A stretch of DNA of 51,664 nucleotides, counting the filler, from Jimgerdemannia flammicorona (lineage: Eukaryota), in assembly GCA_003990765.1 (NCBI GenBank). It is 2 parts of 2 records of this genome, joined end to end, with 100 filler letters (N's around TTAATTAATTAA, not from the genome) between each part and the next. Parts side by side here need not be neighbours in the genome. Positions count along the whole stretch, not along the records: positions 1 to 25,789 come from RBNJ01000796.1; 1 more part is not named here. One strand, given 5' to 3'. A program made the position numbers and the translations under genes. The notes under the pieces were generated by a model. That model was not told the DNA's origin, searched no databases, and saw only the letters and a list, made by a program, of their open reading frames with translations. Below are positions 1 to 11,796 of the stretch, one piece after another; within the stretch, counting starts at the first letter, position 1; each line of letters opens with the position of its first letter.

Positions 1-109
1 AAAAAAAAAAAAAAAACTCCCTACGTGTCATAAGGTAAGTAGGTTTAAGACTTGTTTTTAAATCACCTATTTATCGACAAGGTCTACGCCTGCAATCCTG
101 CTTGACAAT

Positions 110-1045
110 ATGCTGTCAACTTCATCGGACTCGTCCTGTCAGACACCGCGCCGCAAAACCAAGCCTCTGGTGTCCCCCCAAGATCTTGAATCTGCCAGGA
201 GCCGCTTGCTCGCACTTGAACGAGACGAGGGAAGCACCGAGGTCGAAGCAAGGGATAAGGAAGAACAGAGAGAAATCATTATCGTCAACAACGTAACTGT
301 ACACAACTACCTCAAGTTTGTTGACAGTGAGCCAAAACTTTCAGCGAAAATAGGTCTGATGAATGGAAAAGTCGTAGTGTATGACACACCTCTGCTTCCA
401 CATGGGCAGGTATTGGCTGAGATTATCGGTGGATTCAGTACATGGGGCGGCCTTAATTTTAGAACCGCAGCCAAGGTGGATCTCATTGTAGGTGCAAACA
501 GTGTATGCTGCGCTGACCTTACAATACGACCAAGGCAACGTCAACGACCTCCACCTGCACTCGCATCTGACTCGTTAGGATCTGCATACCCTACGATGGT
601 CGTTGAAATTGCCAACACACAATCCATTGGCAGCTTGCATGCTCTGGCGGAGAGCTACCTTTCTCCAAGGACCACGATTCGAGTCTATCTCGGCATTAAA
701 CTTTTTCGTCCTCGTGAGAACGGGACCACGGCGATGCTCGTTCTGATGTATCAACGCTCGAGCCCGACACCCACAATTCCAACTATAGCAGTGTCTTTTG
801 GGACGGCGCCTATTCACAATCGCACCGTACCATTTCTTCACCAGCATGGTGTTCTGGATGCCATCATTACCGGTGTCGGGAGGCATGGAGCACCTGCCTG
901 CGATGGTCCGGGTATTCCAGTTTACCAATTGAACATCCCTGCAGTCGAACTCTACAATGGAGTTCCTGGTGGCACCCCTGCTGCAGCTGTCAATGGGTAC
1001 GACTTAGACCTGAGGAGGATACAACAGGCTGCACTGGATTCTTAG
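110..1045 (+). CDS. Uma2/PD-(D/E)XK-like restriction endonuclease-fold protein (resembles the C-terminal REase domains of fungal Crinkler-type proteins), intronless
   Basis: Intact 311-aa ORF that retains CpG. Motif order P-H ... C-A-D-L-T-I-R-P ... Y-P-T-M-V-V-E-I-A-N-T-Q-S ... Y-L-G-I-K-L-F matches the Uma2/DUF820 pattern (PD...P-x-L-V-V-E-V). Confidence 0.7.
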   Translation: MLSTSSDSSCQTPRRKTKPLVSPQDLESARSRLLALERDEGSTEVEARDKEEQREIIIVNNVTVHNYLKFVDSEPKLSAKIGLMNGKVVVYDTPLLPHGQVLAEIIGGFSTWGGLNFRTAAKVDLIVGANSVCCADLTIRPRQRQRPPPALASDSLGSAYPTMVVEIANTQSIGSLHALAESYLSPRTTIRVYLGIKLFRPRENGTTAMLVLMYQRSSPTPTIPTIAVSFGTAPIHNRTVPFLHQHGVLDAIITGVGRHGAPACDGPGIPVYQLNIPAVELYNGVPGGTPAAAVNGYDLDLRRIQQAALDS

Positions 1046-2244
1046 GTGTTTACTTTGTATAGATTTCGCATTGGGTTATTTTTAACCTATTGCATTGTTG
1101 TTAAGACTTCCTAACCTCCAGGCCCTATATTGGTTGCAGAGATAAAATGTGATTATGCCATAATACGATCTGGGTGTACATTGTGAGTTTACAATGGTAA
1201 CAGTGCTGCTATGACGTGCTGATGCAATTGAAGTTTTTGCAGGTACATTTCGACTGTTTATATACATAGTCTATCGAGTTTGCGTAGCGGAAGCAGGGGA
1301 TTTGCAAAGGTGTAGAAGTTGGACCTTATAATCTTCATATTTGTTAATAAAAAAAATATTATCTCAATTAATATCGAAACGTGACCAAGTTTGAGTCAGA
1401 ATCCAATGCCAGATAGATGCTACTGTACGAGTGTACATGTGGGAAAGTTGGTATCGTGAGGTTGCTTGAGGCCAAGCTCGTGCCAGACACCAGCACACTT
1501 TAGATTTATTTCATTGCAATATCATGATTTTATTTTTTATTTTATTTTTATTCTTTGATTGGCTATCTTCACTCTCAGATTTTTAAGTAAACTTTCAGTT
1601 TACTCATATTTGTTGTTGTCACTGGGAACTTTTAGTCAAGTATATTATACACTAGTATTATATAAGTATATATATATACTATCTGGTATAGGTTTTTGTA
1701 ATTAAATCTATCATACCTACTAATAATTACTCTACTATATTATATAACTTATTGTTTGAGATAATAGAATATTAGAATGTTAAATGTTATTTATATAGTT
1801 ATTTGTAGATTCTCTAAGTTCTTTAGTAGTCAAAGTTTTCTTTAAATAATTTCTAGTAGTGTTTTCTAGTCTTATTTTTTAAATAGTAGATATTTAGTTT
1901 CTGATGATTAAATATTTTATAGCAGATTCTAATAGTAAGAGAAATAATTCATCTTTATAAACTTTGAGCTTTGTACTTCAGATAGATATATATCTTAATT
2001 TTTAGAAATTTTTATATTCTCTTAGAGATAGTAGATATATTTTACTAAGTTTTTCTTTATACTAAAACTAACTGACTGAGATTTATTTACTTAAATTATA
2101 GAGATTATTTATATAAATTGGTTAATTATATATATAGTTATAGAATAAGAAGATAAGATTGATAGCAGAATATATAATTATAAAAAATACAGAAAAGTTA
2201 TAAAACTTTGAATTACTAACTAAGAATCTTATAGATATAGATAT

Positions 2245-3671
2245 TGTAACAAACCAAAACATACTATCCAAATTATAACTTAGCCAGATGATGTAAACAA
2301 TTAATATACTTAACCAGATAACATGGGCTCCCAGTATGACATGACTTCTAGTATATCATAGTTACTCATACTTATCATACTTATAATTAGCCAGATATAC
2401 CAGAAAGGGTCTGTTTACCTATACAGACTCTATATACCATACAGACTCTGTATACCTGCCATAAGTAGCAGTTCTATAGTTAGCCACATAGTAACCAGAT
2501 AGCAACCAACTTATATAAATTACTCCAGAGACAAGAGTAAATAAACCTCAGTCTAAATTGAAGTACAAACCAAAAAAGCCTCTAAAGATTGAGTATTGGT
2601 CCCCTTATTTCCACTCCAGTCTACTTTCTGATATAAAGCTTAAAGATTTTGCTGTCAAGTTTGAGTGAAGAACTTTGCTGCTTTTGGAATTATTGATATG
2701 CTTGCCAGACTAAGCCTAAAGAACTCAAGTTTCTACCACCTAAGCGAAAGCTGCCTTGCTCAAGCCAGTTTCTGACACAACTTCACAGTAATCTATTCAT
2801 ATAAATGAAGCCAGTCTTTGATGCAACTTTGCCAAGAGACCCTTTCCAAGAAGCTGCCAGTACATTTCCCAGTTGAAGCTACCAATTTAGGAAGAATCTG
2901 TACTATCATATTCCTAGAAGAGCCCACTGATTCAGGAAGAATCTGTACTATCTGAGTAGTATTCTCAGTTGAAGCCACCAATTTAGAAAAATCCCCACTG
3001 CCTGAGTTATTTTCCAGAGAGCTACTGATTTAGAAAAAATCTGCATTATCCACTATTTTCAAGTCATTTGCATTCCCAGAAGACCCACACCACCTAAGTA
3101 TTATTCTTAGAAAAGCCCAAGTTATCTATGATATCTAAGTTATTTATTTGTTTCCAGTGAGTCTGATATAGAAGAATCCATACTATCCTCTATTCCCAGT
3201 GAGCCAGATTGAGTTATCTACTAGAAATTGCATACTTTTGGAAATTAACATGCTACATGAAGATCATCATATAGAGATCATCACCTAAGAAGGAAAACAG
3301 CTAAATTACCAGACTGTCATACATAAGGAACCCATCATGCTACATAAGATCATTACCCAGAAATCACATAAGAAACCTACTATACCATACAGAGATCATC
3401 ATACTATACATGAAATTCTACTGGTTCCCAGTTGACCCAAGAAGGAAATCCATTTATACAAATTATTGCTATACCCAGAGAACTGTCTCAATAAGGAAAT
3501 CACCAGAATTGCTTACAGATATCTAGCTTTGACTATTATATCACTAAATACTAAGGATCTCAGAAATCTTAGAACATTTTATTGCTTTTTGACAAAGTAA
3601 CTAGGAGCTCAAGCCAAACCACATCAATCTCCAATCTTATAATTTGCCTCCATTGAGCCAGGCATGTTATA
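2245..3671 (+). repeat. 5' LTR of element A
   Basis: Starts TGTAAC and ends TGTTATA (TGTTACA with C>T). Colinear with 13301-15120. Contains TATAAA followed closely by AATAAA (about 2514-2545) and imperfect internal tandem repeats (about 2870-3200). Confidence 0.95.
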
Positions 3672-3673
3672 TT

Positions 3674-3690
3674 TGGAGGCTCAACTGGGA
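3674..3690 (+). promoter_or_regulatory. Primer-binding site of element A (TGGAGGCTCAACTGGGA; possibly tRNA-Gln-like)
   Basis: TGG begins 2 nt after the LTR end. TGGAGG is complementary to a tRNA ending CCT-CCA. The tRNA identity is inferred only. Confidence 0.6.
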
Positions 3691-6600
3691 AGATTTTAAA
3701 ATTGATATGACTTTTCAGCTCACAAGAACCCACAGTCAAACTGGATACATTTGATACAACACCAATCTCTGCTACTATAGGAGAACTAGTTATTACTAGC
3801 ATCTGGACAGAAAGAGAAGTAATCACATCAAGACTTGCCAACTACCTAGTATCAGAAGGATCTCAACCAGAACCAGAAGGCAGTACAGTCTGAAATCTCC
3901 AACAAGACTAACCAGATAACATAGGTGGCCCTGCTGGAGATTTTGAAGAACTTGCATAAGAACTAGAAGATCTTATTACACAAGCCCAAGATTTTACAGC
4001 CAGATACCCTATACCAGTCCCATCAATTTCACCAATAGAACCTTTACTACAACTCCTTGCAGAATTAGAAGTAGCTCCTACAAGAATACCTAGACTCATT
4101 CTACTTTGTCCAAGATCCAGAACACTATCCTCAGGATAAGCACCCCTATCTCTAGTAATAGCTCAGAAAGTAAATTAGAATCAGAATCTAAACCAGACCC
4201 AAAATCAGAAGAAAGTGACAATAAAATGGCCACCTCATTGCCAACCTTTACAGGATTCCCAGAGAAAGACCCCAGAGAATTCCTTGACAGAATTAAAGAA
4301 ATTACAGTCCTGAGGAATCTCTCAGATGAAAAAAAAAATCACCATCTACAAGGCTCAGCTTAGAGAATCAGCCAGAGGAATTTTCTACTAAACAGCAGAT
4401 AACTCTAATTCAGAATTAGTAAGACAGATATAAGTAGCAATGTCTTATAAGCTAGAATATGTGGCCATGGTCCACTGGCTCATTGAAAAGTATGCAGGAA
4501 ATGAAACCCACTACAAGGCTCAGAAATCCATCATGGGGATGAAGATGAATCTTAAAGAATTACCCAGAGCCTTCTTCATAAGAATTCAGAAGAGAATGCA
4601 TGCTACTGGGTTCAATGCCACCAACCAGGACATCATAGGGCCAATGATCTTCATGAATGGAATTCCTCTGAACATCACCTAGTATGTCTGCACCCTAGGC
4701 ATCAGAAGGTCTGAGGAGTAAGTAGATACAGCCCAGGGATTCTTTGATGTCAGACAAGGAACCACCTGGAGTAATCATGATAAGAAAGAAGATAAAGAAG
4801 ACATCCTGGTCAAAGCTCTACAAGGACTCCTTCAAGGATAAGAAAGATCTGAAGAAAGAAGGTCAGCCAAGGAAGAAAAGAAGAACAGAAGTGAAATCCA
4901 AGACCTTAGCTCCAAGTTGGACTGATTGGTTGGACAGATTGAAAAACTCACTACATGCAAAAATCAGAGTTACCAAGACAATAGAGGATACCCACCATAG
5001 AGGAGCCAAGGTTATCCACCCAGAGATAACAGAAGTTATCAGAAAAAAGAAAGAAGATATCCTGTCTGAGACAGAGCTTAAGTCCAATACTTCCACTGTA
5101 GATAATTCAGATACTATGCCACTGAATGTGATAACAAAAGTGACTGAAGAGACTCAGAACTACCAAACTGAAGGAATGACACTCAGTACAAGAAGACTGA
5201 AGCCCATCCTATTGAAGATTTCAAGAAAGCAAGCAATAGTGAAGACTACAGTGACCTAGATCTGTACCCTACCAAGGTTACCATCTGAAAAACAGTCTAC
5301 TCAGCAGAGAAGAGAAAGAGATCTGTAAGAAGGCCATCCAGGAACATCAGCAGAAGAATCATCCAAGAAGAAGATGAAGAACATAAAGAGGAGTAGATAG
5401 AAATACCTCTCTGAACCCCCTCACCTTTTGTCTCTGAGACAAATGAGTTGCCACCAGAAGATGAAGAAATGGAATAAGAAGAACAGAAACCTGCTGCTCC
5501 AAAGTCCAAGAAGAAGTACACCCCAAAGACCATGCCTAGAGATATCTACAATGAAGCCTGGCAGAAGATTCAAGAGGTTAAGATAGAAGTCCCTCTCCTG
5601 CAGTTTCTGTAACTAACACCAGCTAGAGTCTGAAACAAATTGCTGAGAACCACCAGGTCTAGCACTGGCCAAGTTCCTATCCCACAGTAAGAACTAGCTT
5701 TTATTTCTATTCAGGCTATGGAAAGACATATCAGTACCTACTTATGTAGAGATATTGGAGAACAAAAAGCAAAAATCCTTATAGACACAGAAGCAGCTAT
5801 CTGTATCATTTCCAAACAATTCCTGAACACCCGCCAATGGCCCATTGATGGACCATCTAACCTCAGCATTATAGTAGCAGATGGAGTCTGAACTCAACCC
5901 CTTGGAGAAGTATGAAATATCACTATCTCTCTTGGACATATTCAGTTCTCTATCCCAAAAGCTATTGTTACTGAAGCTGTCATCTATGACATGATTCTTG
6001 ACACCAACTGGATGAAGGAAATGAATGCAGTTGTTGATATTGGTCAACAAGTACTCAAGTTTGACTACCGAGGTAAGAAGTATAGAGTTAAGGTGACCAG
6101 CTATGAGCAATCAAAAAAGAAGAAGAAGGTCACTATTCAGGAGGAATATGCTAGTAGTAAAGAATCTACCACAGAAGAAGAGGAAGAATCTGAAGATGGA
6201 AATGATCCCAGACTCAATCTCTGAATTAATCTGATGGATGACAGACCAGAAGACAATGTGTGGGCCAAGAACACTATCTCTATCACTATTGGAGCCATTG
6301 CAGGAGAAATCAAAGGATGCCCTGCTTGCCTCAAGAGATACAAGTGTCCTGAGCATTCCTCTAAGATCATGGAAACAAGAAAATCACCTGGCACAGTCTG
6401 CCCAGAGTGTAGAAAGAAGAAGAAGAAATACAGACATGTTCCAGAAATACCTGCAACTGAAGCTGCAGAAGTATAAGCAATTTGGAGTCAAGAATCATCT
6501 GAGGAAGAAGAAACTTCTGACCAAGAAGTTCCTGAACAAGAAGTAACTGAAGAAGAGGTCCCTGAACTCATTCCCTGGGATGATCCTCACTGGACACCAC

Positions 6601-7389
6601 CTGAAGACAATGACCCTTGGAATACAGAAGAAGGACCCAGTATAATCACTATTATCCCCAAGAAAGAAACTCACCAAGAAAAGACTTTTCAGCTAGAAAG
6701 ATGTCTACACCAAATGATCTTCTACTCTCCCTGAGACTACTGCTATCAGTGCTATCTACTAGACCAATAGGAGAGACAGAGACCCCAGAGAGCAGAACCC
6801 CCAAATACAATTGCACAGTCAACTACCTTCTAGGAAATTACTACTAAGTTGCAAAGCTGATTCAGAGGATAAGGCCTTTTCACCCAAACAGAAGTATACT
6901 CTCTGTCTACTCTTTCACCAACTTATGACCAAGATGGGTACTGATTCCTAAGATAACAAGAGATAAACAGTCAGAAATATCATTTTTGAGCAATGAGATA
7001 TTACAATCATGGGAGACACCCTGACTACCAAGACTGCAGACATCAGAAGATTCACCTCAGTTATGATATTGCAATCCATACTTTGAAGAGAGGAGACAAC
7101 AGAGGCCAGATCCAAAAGAGCTGGACCAAGAAGCCAGGAAGGAGAATTCTCAAGATCTATGATTTGAGAGAAGACATCCTAGCTCTCATCAGACATACAA
7201 TCCACCAAGGATGGGCAGAAGATACCACCAACTTCATGGAAGCCCTAGACCCTATAGGAAGAAGAGGAATCAACTATCTCCAAGACCCCTCTACTGGAGC
7301 CAGATGGCCACATCTCAATCTCAGAGTCTGGAGGTTCTCTGCTAGTAGAGCTTCAGCCCTAGGACAGCCCAAACTCAGCAAGAATATTG

Positions 7390-7797
7390 TCCAGTATGCC
7401 CTTCTACACCTCAAGGCCAAACTCCCAACCAAAGCTCACCCAGAAGATATAGGGTATGATCTTCACAGTCTAGAGGATGAATCTATCAAGCCTGGAAAAA
7501 CCTTCATAATCAGAACCAGATTAGCTATACAGCCACCCCAAGGAGCTTATATCCAACTGACCTCAAGGTCTGGACTTGCCAGACAAGGAATAACTGTAGA
7601 AGAAGAAACTATTGACCCAGGATATATAGGTGAAATCAAGATCATTCTACACAACAGTAGTACAGAATGGTATTGAATCATTAGAGGACAGAAGATTACC
7701 CAAGCAGTCTTCATGAAGGTCAAGACTCCACAATTACAAGAAGTCTCTGAACTAACTGAAAGAACAAGACAAGCTAAAGGATTTGGGAGCTCAGATA
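7390..7797 (+). pseudogene. dut: dUTPase domain inside pol of element A, between protease and RT
   Basis: Motifs GYDL, TSRSGLA, TIDPGYIGEI, GQKITQ and RQAKGFGSS correspond to dUTPase motifs 1-5. One in-frame stop. Confidence 0.92.
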
Positions 7798-10198
7798 AGA
7801 AGGAAGTATATCTCCTTTAAGTCAACCACCTCAAGAGGAATGTTTCCCTGCAAGTGTACTGCCAACCAGTTAAGCTGTACAAGAATCTCATCCTGGAGCC
7901 CAGAGAACAAACTACCTTTGAAATCTTTGCACCACCTGACCCCAGAAATCTTTTCTTTGAACCCAAGAAAGATATCCCACACCTGGATATAGAGGGACAT
8001 ATATTCCTTGATAAGATGAATCCAGTACACTTCTGAGCAACCAACCAAAGTTGGGAGACTATCATCTTGCTAAAAGGAACTATCATAGGACATCTGGTGC
8101 CTTTTCTCAACCTAACTCATAGGGAAGTTTATGAACTAAACCTATTGAGAAACAGCAAAAGGTCTCAGAAGAAAAGAAAGGCCCCTCTGCGACCCAGAAA
8201 ACAGTGAAGCCTTCCACCAACATTGGAGAAGAATTGACACCCCAACAACAGTAATAACTAGTAGAACTTCTCAACAAATATCAAGATATCTTCACTACTG
8301 ATTATGACAACCTGCTATACAACTCATCTATCATCACAGCATAAATACAGGAAATGCAACACCCATCTGGCAGAAACTCTATAGAATACCCCATCACTTG
8401 AAAAATATTTGAAAAGAAGCACATTTAAGAACTCTTAAACAATAGAGTCATCTGACCCTCTATCAGCCCCTGGGCCAGTCTTATACTTATTGTACCAAAG
8501 AAAGAAGGATGGAGACTCTGTGTGGATTACAGAAAACTCAATTCAGTCATCAAAAAGGATACCTATCCTTTGCCCAGAATCAATGACCTTTTGGATCAGT
8601 TACAAGATACCAGATACTTCAGTAGTATGGACCTCTTTGCAGGATTCCATGAGACCCCCATGGACTCCAAAGATATTCAAAAAACAGCCTTCCTTACTCT
8701 AGGAAAATTGTTGAATACCTTTGAATACTCTTTGGACTTTGCAATACACCCCCCATCTTTCAGAGGATGATGAATTCAGTCTATGCCCCCTTGATCCACC
8801 ACTGCCTGATTGTATATATGGATGATTAAAACATCTATTCAGCAAATTTTGAAGAATACCTGCAACACCTAGAGGAATTCTTCAAGCTCACCCACAAGAA
8901 CTACTTGAGATTGAATGTAAAGAAATACTACTTTGGGAAACAGAAACTTGAATTCCTTAGATTCATAGTTTTGAAAGAAGGAACCCATACAGACCCAAAG
9001 AAAACTGAGAAGATCAACAATTGGCCAGTACTCAAGACTTTAAAGAAAACACTATCATTCCTGATACTAGTATTCTACTATAGAAGATTTATCAAGAACT
9101 TTGCCCAAATTACCACCCCAATCCAAATCCTTCTCAAGAAAGAAGTACCATTCAAATAGACAGAATTACAAGAAAAAGCCTTTAAGAACTCAAGAACCAC
9201 ATGACTACAGTACCAATCCTTGTGCATCCCAATCTACAGAAGCCATTCATCTTGTATACAGATGCCTCCAAAGATGGCCTAGGAGCAGTTCTAGTCCAAG
9301 AAGGACCTGATCAACAATACTATATGATAGCTTATGCAAGCCAAGCTACCAATCAGCAGCAGATGAATTATGGTAGCATCAAACTGGAATGTCTTGCAGT
9401 CATATGGGTAGTCACTCTGTTCAAGCATTACCTTATTGAAAAAAGGTTCACCCTGATTACAGACTATACAGCTCTCAAATAGCTATTCAACTGCAAGGAA
9501 TCCACCAGAATCCTAGTCTGCTGGATCATTATCCTTCAGGATTACAAAATCACCATCATCCACAAAGCAGAGAAAGCTCACAACAATATTGATGTACTTT
9601 CCCACTAGCCCCAATGAATCAGAAGAAGAGTGTCCCAAGGAACTGTACCCTAAAGGAAGCTCCTCAGACCATCAAGGCACAAGAAGATCTCATCTGAAAA
9701 GAACATCAAAAAGCCCACCAAGGACAAGTGAATATAGAAGAAAAGCTGTGAACAACATACCAACATTGGCCCAACCTCAGAACACAAGTCTGGAACATAC
9801 TCAAGAAATGCAACACCTGCCAGAAGTACTAAGGAAAGAAGAACTATCAAGCACCATTGCAACCAATTATACCTCTAGACAACATCTTTCAGAAATGGGG
9901 AATAGACATAATAGGACCTCTACCAGTTACACCAAGAAGAAACAAATACATCCTTGTACTTATAGAACATCTGACCAAGTGGCCTAAGGCTTTCTCAATA
10001 GAAATCACAGATGTCTTAACCATTGTAGGCCTTCTCCATAGACTCACACTCAGATATGGACCTCCAGAAGAACTTATCTCTGACTGAGGCACTGTAAGCG
10101 CACAACCTCCAAGCCACCGAGATCACACGTCACCCTCTGAACAAGCCACTGAAATCACACACGACCTCTGAACAAATCTGGAAATCACCTGCCTGATT

Positions 10199-10311
10199 AC
10201 AAAGCTGAGTCAAACCGAAGTCACAGTGCACAAAGCTGAGTCAATACGAAGTCACAGAACACAAGATTTACACAAACAGAATCTTACCAATCAGGACCAA
10301 ATGCATATATA
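10199..10311 (+). promoter_or_regulatory. Putative internal promoter for the U3 ORF
   Basis: Direct repeat ACAAAGCTGAGTCAA-x-CGAAGTCACAG occurs twice, each copy with TGAGTCA (AP-1/Gcn4 consensus; 10206-10212 and 10237-10243). CCAAT at 10287 and TATATA at 10306, 75 bp before the ATG. Confidence 0.5.
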
Positions 10312-10380
10312 CCGAGCACCGAGACACGTCAAAACAGAGAACCAAAACAAACAACAACCACAACTTCCAACACATACAAC

Positions 10381-11484
10381 ATGACCACTGAGATCTACAA
10401 CCGCATCCACGCTGACATTTGGAATGCCATTGTCAACCGAGCCACACCCCCTCTGCCCCTCATGAATATCCATAGTCTAGCACCCCTCTACTTCGTAGAA
10501 GCCCGATGGAATGCCCTGAACATGCTTAACGAGGCCCACCGAATCAGACAAATCTCAAGCTACTACCAGATCGGCCGCCTCTTGGAAGACATGGTCGAAC
10601 ACCACCATGACACAGACATTACCCAGATGTCTCAACACCAGAAACTCATTGCCCGCAAACACCGAGAACTCTTTTATGAGTACAGCACCTTTATTCCCTG
10701 CCTCCGAGTCACTACCAGCGAAATGGTTGCTACCCTGTCCTATGGCCAAATCGATGACATGATACAAGAACTCAACCACAAGTACCTCGAGTATGTCCAG
10801 ACCACAGACAGAACCTTCCCGCACCCCAATGACCATATCCTGCAAATGCCCCAAGTTGGATACGCCATGAAGGATGTCTACGATATAATCCACTTTGATG
10901 AAGACGAAGCAGAAGACAATGACCCCTCTGATGCCGACATGACCTCAAGCCAAGGATCCCTGCTAACCCTGATCACGCCGCCAATGTTGCCAATGAACTT
11001 ACAACAGTTCATAACTGCATACAAGACTTATTGGGACAATGACCATTGGCACGAATACCAACCCGCGTTCACCCCCGATTACTTCAATTACAATGAAGAG
11101 ACCGGAGAACACAATCTGTACCTCCAGACAACCCTCGAGATCGAACCAACAACTCCACTACCTGAGTACGAGCGATATGAACCACAGCCACCAGCTTACT
11201 ACAACCCCGCGACTCATAGTGCTGTAACCTATAGAAGGTACGCAGACAGCGAATCTGATGAAAGCAAAAACAATACACCCATGCTTCACCCACCAACACC
11301 TTATCCAGCATATGAGACAGACGATGCTATTCTGTGGGATGGAGACGAAGTTCCAATGTATTACTACCTCAGTGAACAAGGAGAAGTAATCCGCGAACCA
11401 CTCTTCCTAGATGACTACTTCATCAGAGATGATGCAATCGATGGTGATGTCATCGAAGACTACCCAGATAGTGCCAAACCATAA
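10381..11484 (+). CDS. Uncharacterised 367-aa protein encoded in the U3 region of the solo LTR (helical N-terminal domain, acidic Pro/Tyr-rich C-terminal region)
   Basis: Uninterrupted ORF in a region otherwise full of stops. A-rich leader, TATATA at 10306 upstream, AATAAA at 11791 downstream. Motif similarity to ORF3 of element A. Confidence 0.85.
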   Translation: MTTEIYNRIHADIWNAIVNRATPPLPLMNIHSLAPLYFVEARWNALNMLNEAHRIRQISSYYQIGRLLEDMVEHHHDTDITQMSQHQKLIARKHRELFYEYSTFIPCLRVTTSEMVATLSYGQIDDMIQELNHKYLEYVQTTDRTFPHPNDHILQMPQVGYAMKDVYDIIHFDEDEAEDNDPSDADMTSSQGSLLTLITPPMLPMNLQQFITAYKTYWDNDHWHEYQPAFTPDYFNYNEETGEHNLYLQTTLEIEPTTPLPEYERYEPQPPAYYNPATHSAVTYRRYADSESDESKNNTPMLHPPTPYPAYETDDAILWDGDEVPMYYYLSEQGEVIREPLFLDDYFIRDDAIDGDVIEDYPDSAKP

Positions 11485-11665
11485 ATAGCCTAGCAGTCAT
11501 AGTATAGTTAGATTAGCCTTGTACGACGTGACTGTGAACTGACTCAGCAGTCAGGCGATCTCTTGACATGTCAGATCACTATTGTACTACGTGACTGCAT
11601 TCCAACTCAGCAAGGCACTAAGTGCTACATCCATATCTAGCATAGTCCAGATAGCCCCTCACTAG

Positions 11666-11796
11666 TATAAATACCCCCTCCCCCAGACCTCAGAATCTCA
11701 GACCTGAACAATCCGAACACAACTCCTGAGCACTTCCCCACAATACCCCTTCACACAACTACTCCTAGTATAGCAATATCATAAATAGCGAATAAA
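11666..11796 (+). promoter_or_regulatory. Canonical LTR TATA box and polyadenylation signal of the B-family LTR
   Basis: TATAAATA at 11666-11673 and AATAAA at 11791-11796, both conserved in the reverse-strand copy (about 27850-27995). Confidence 0.6.

Noticed and set aside
10381..11484. U3 ORF or ORF3 as a retroviral env
   Set aside because: No signal peptide, furin site or transmembrane helix is visible, and the C-terminus is acidic and probably disordered.
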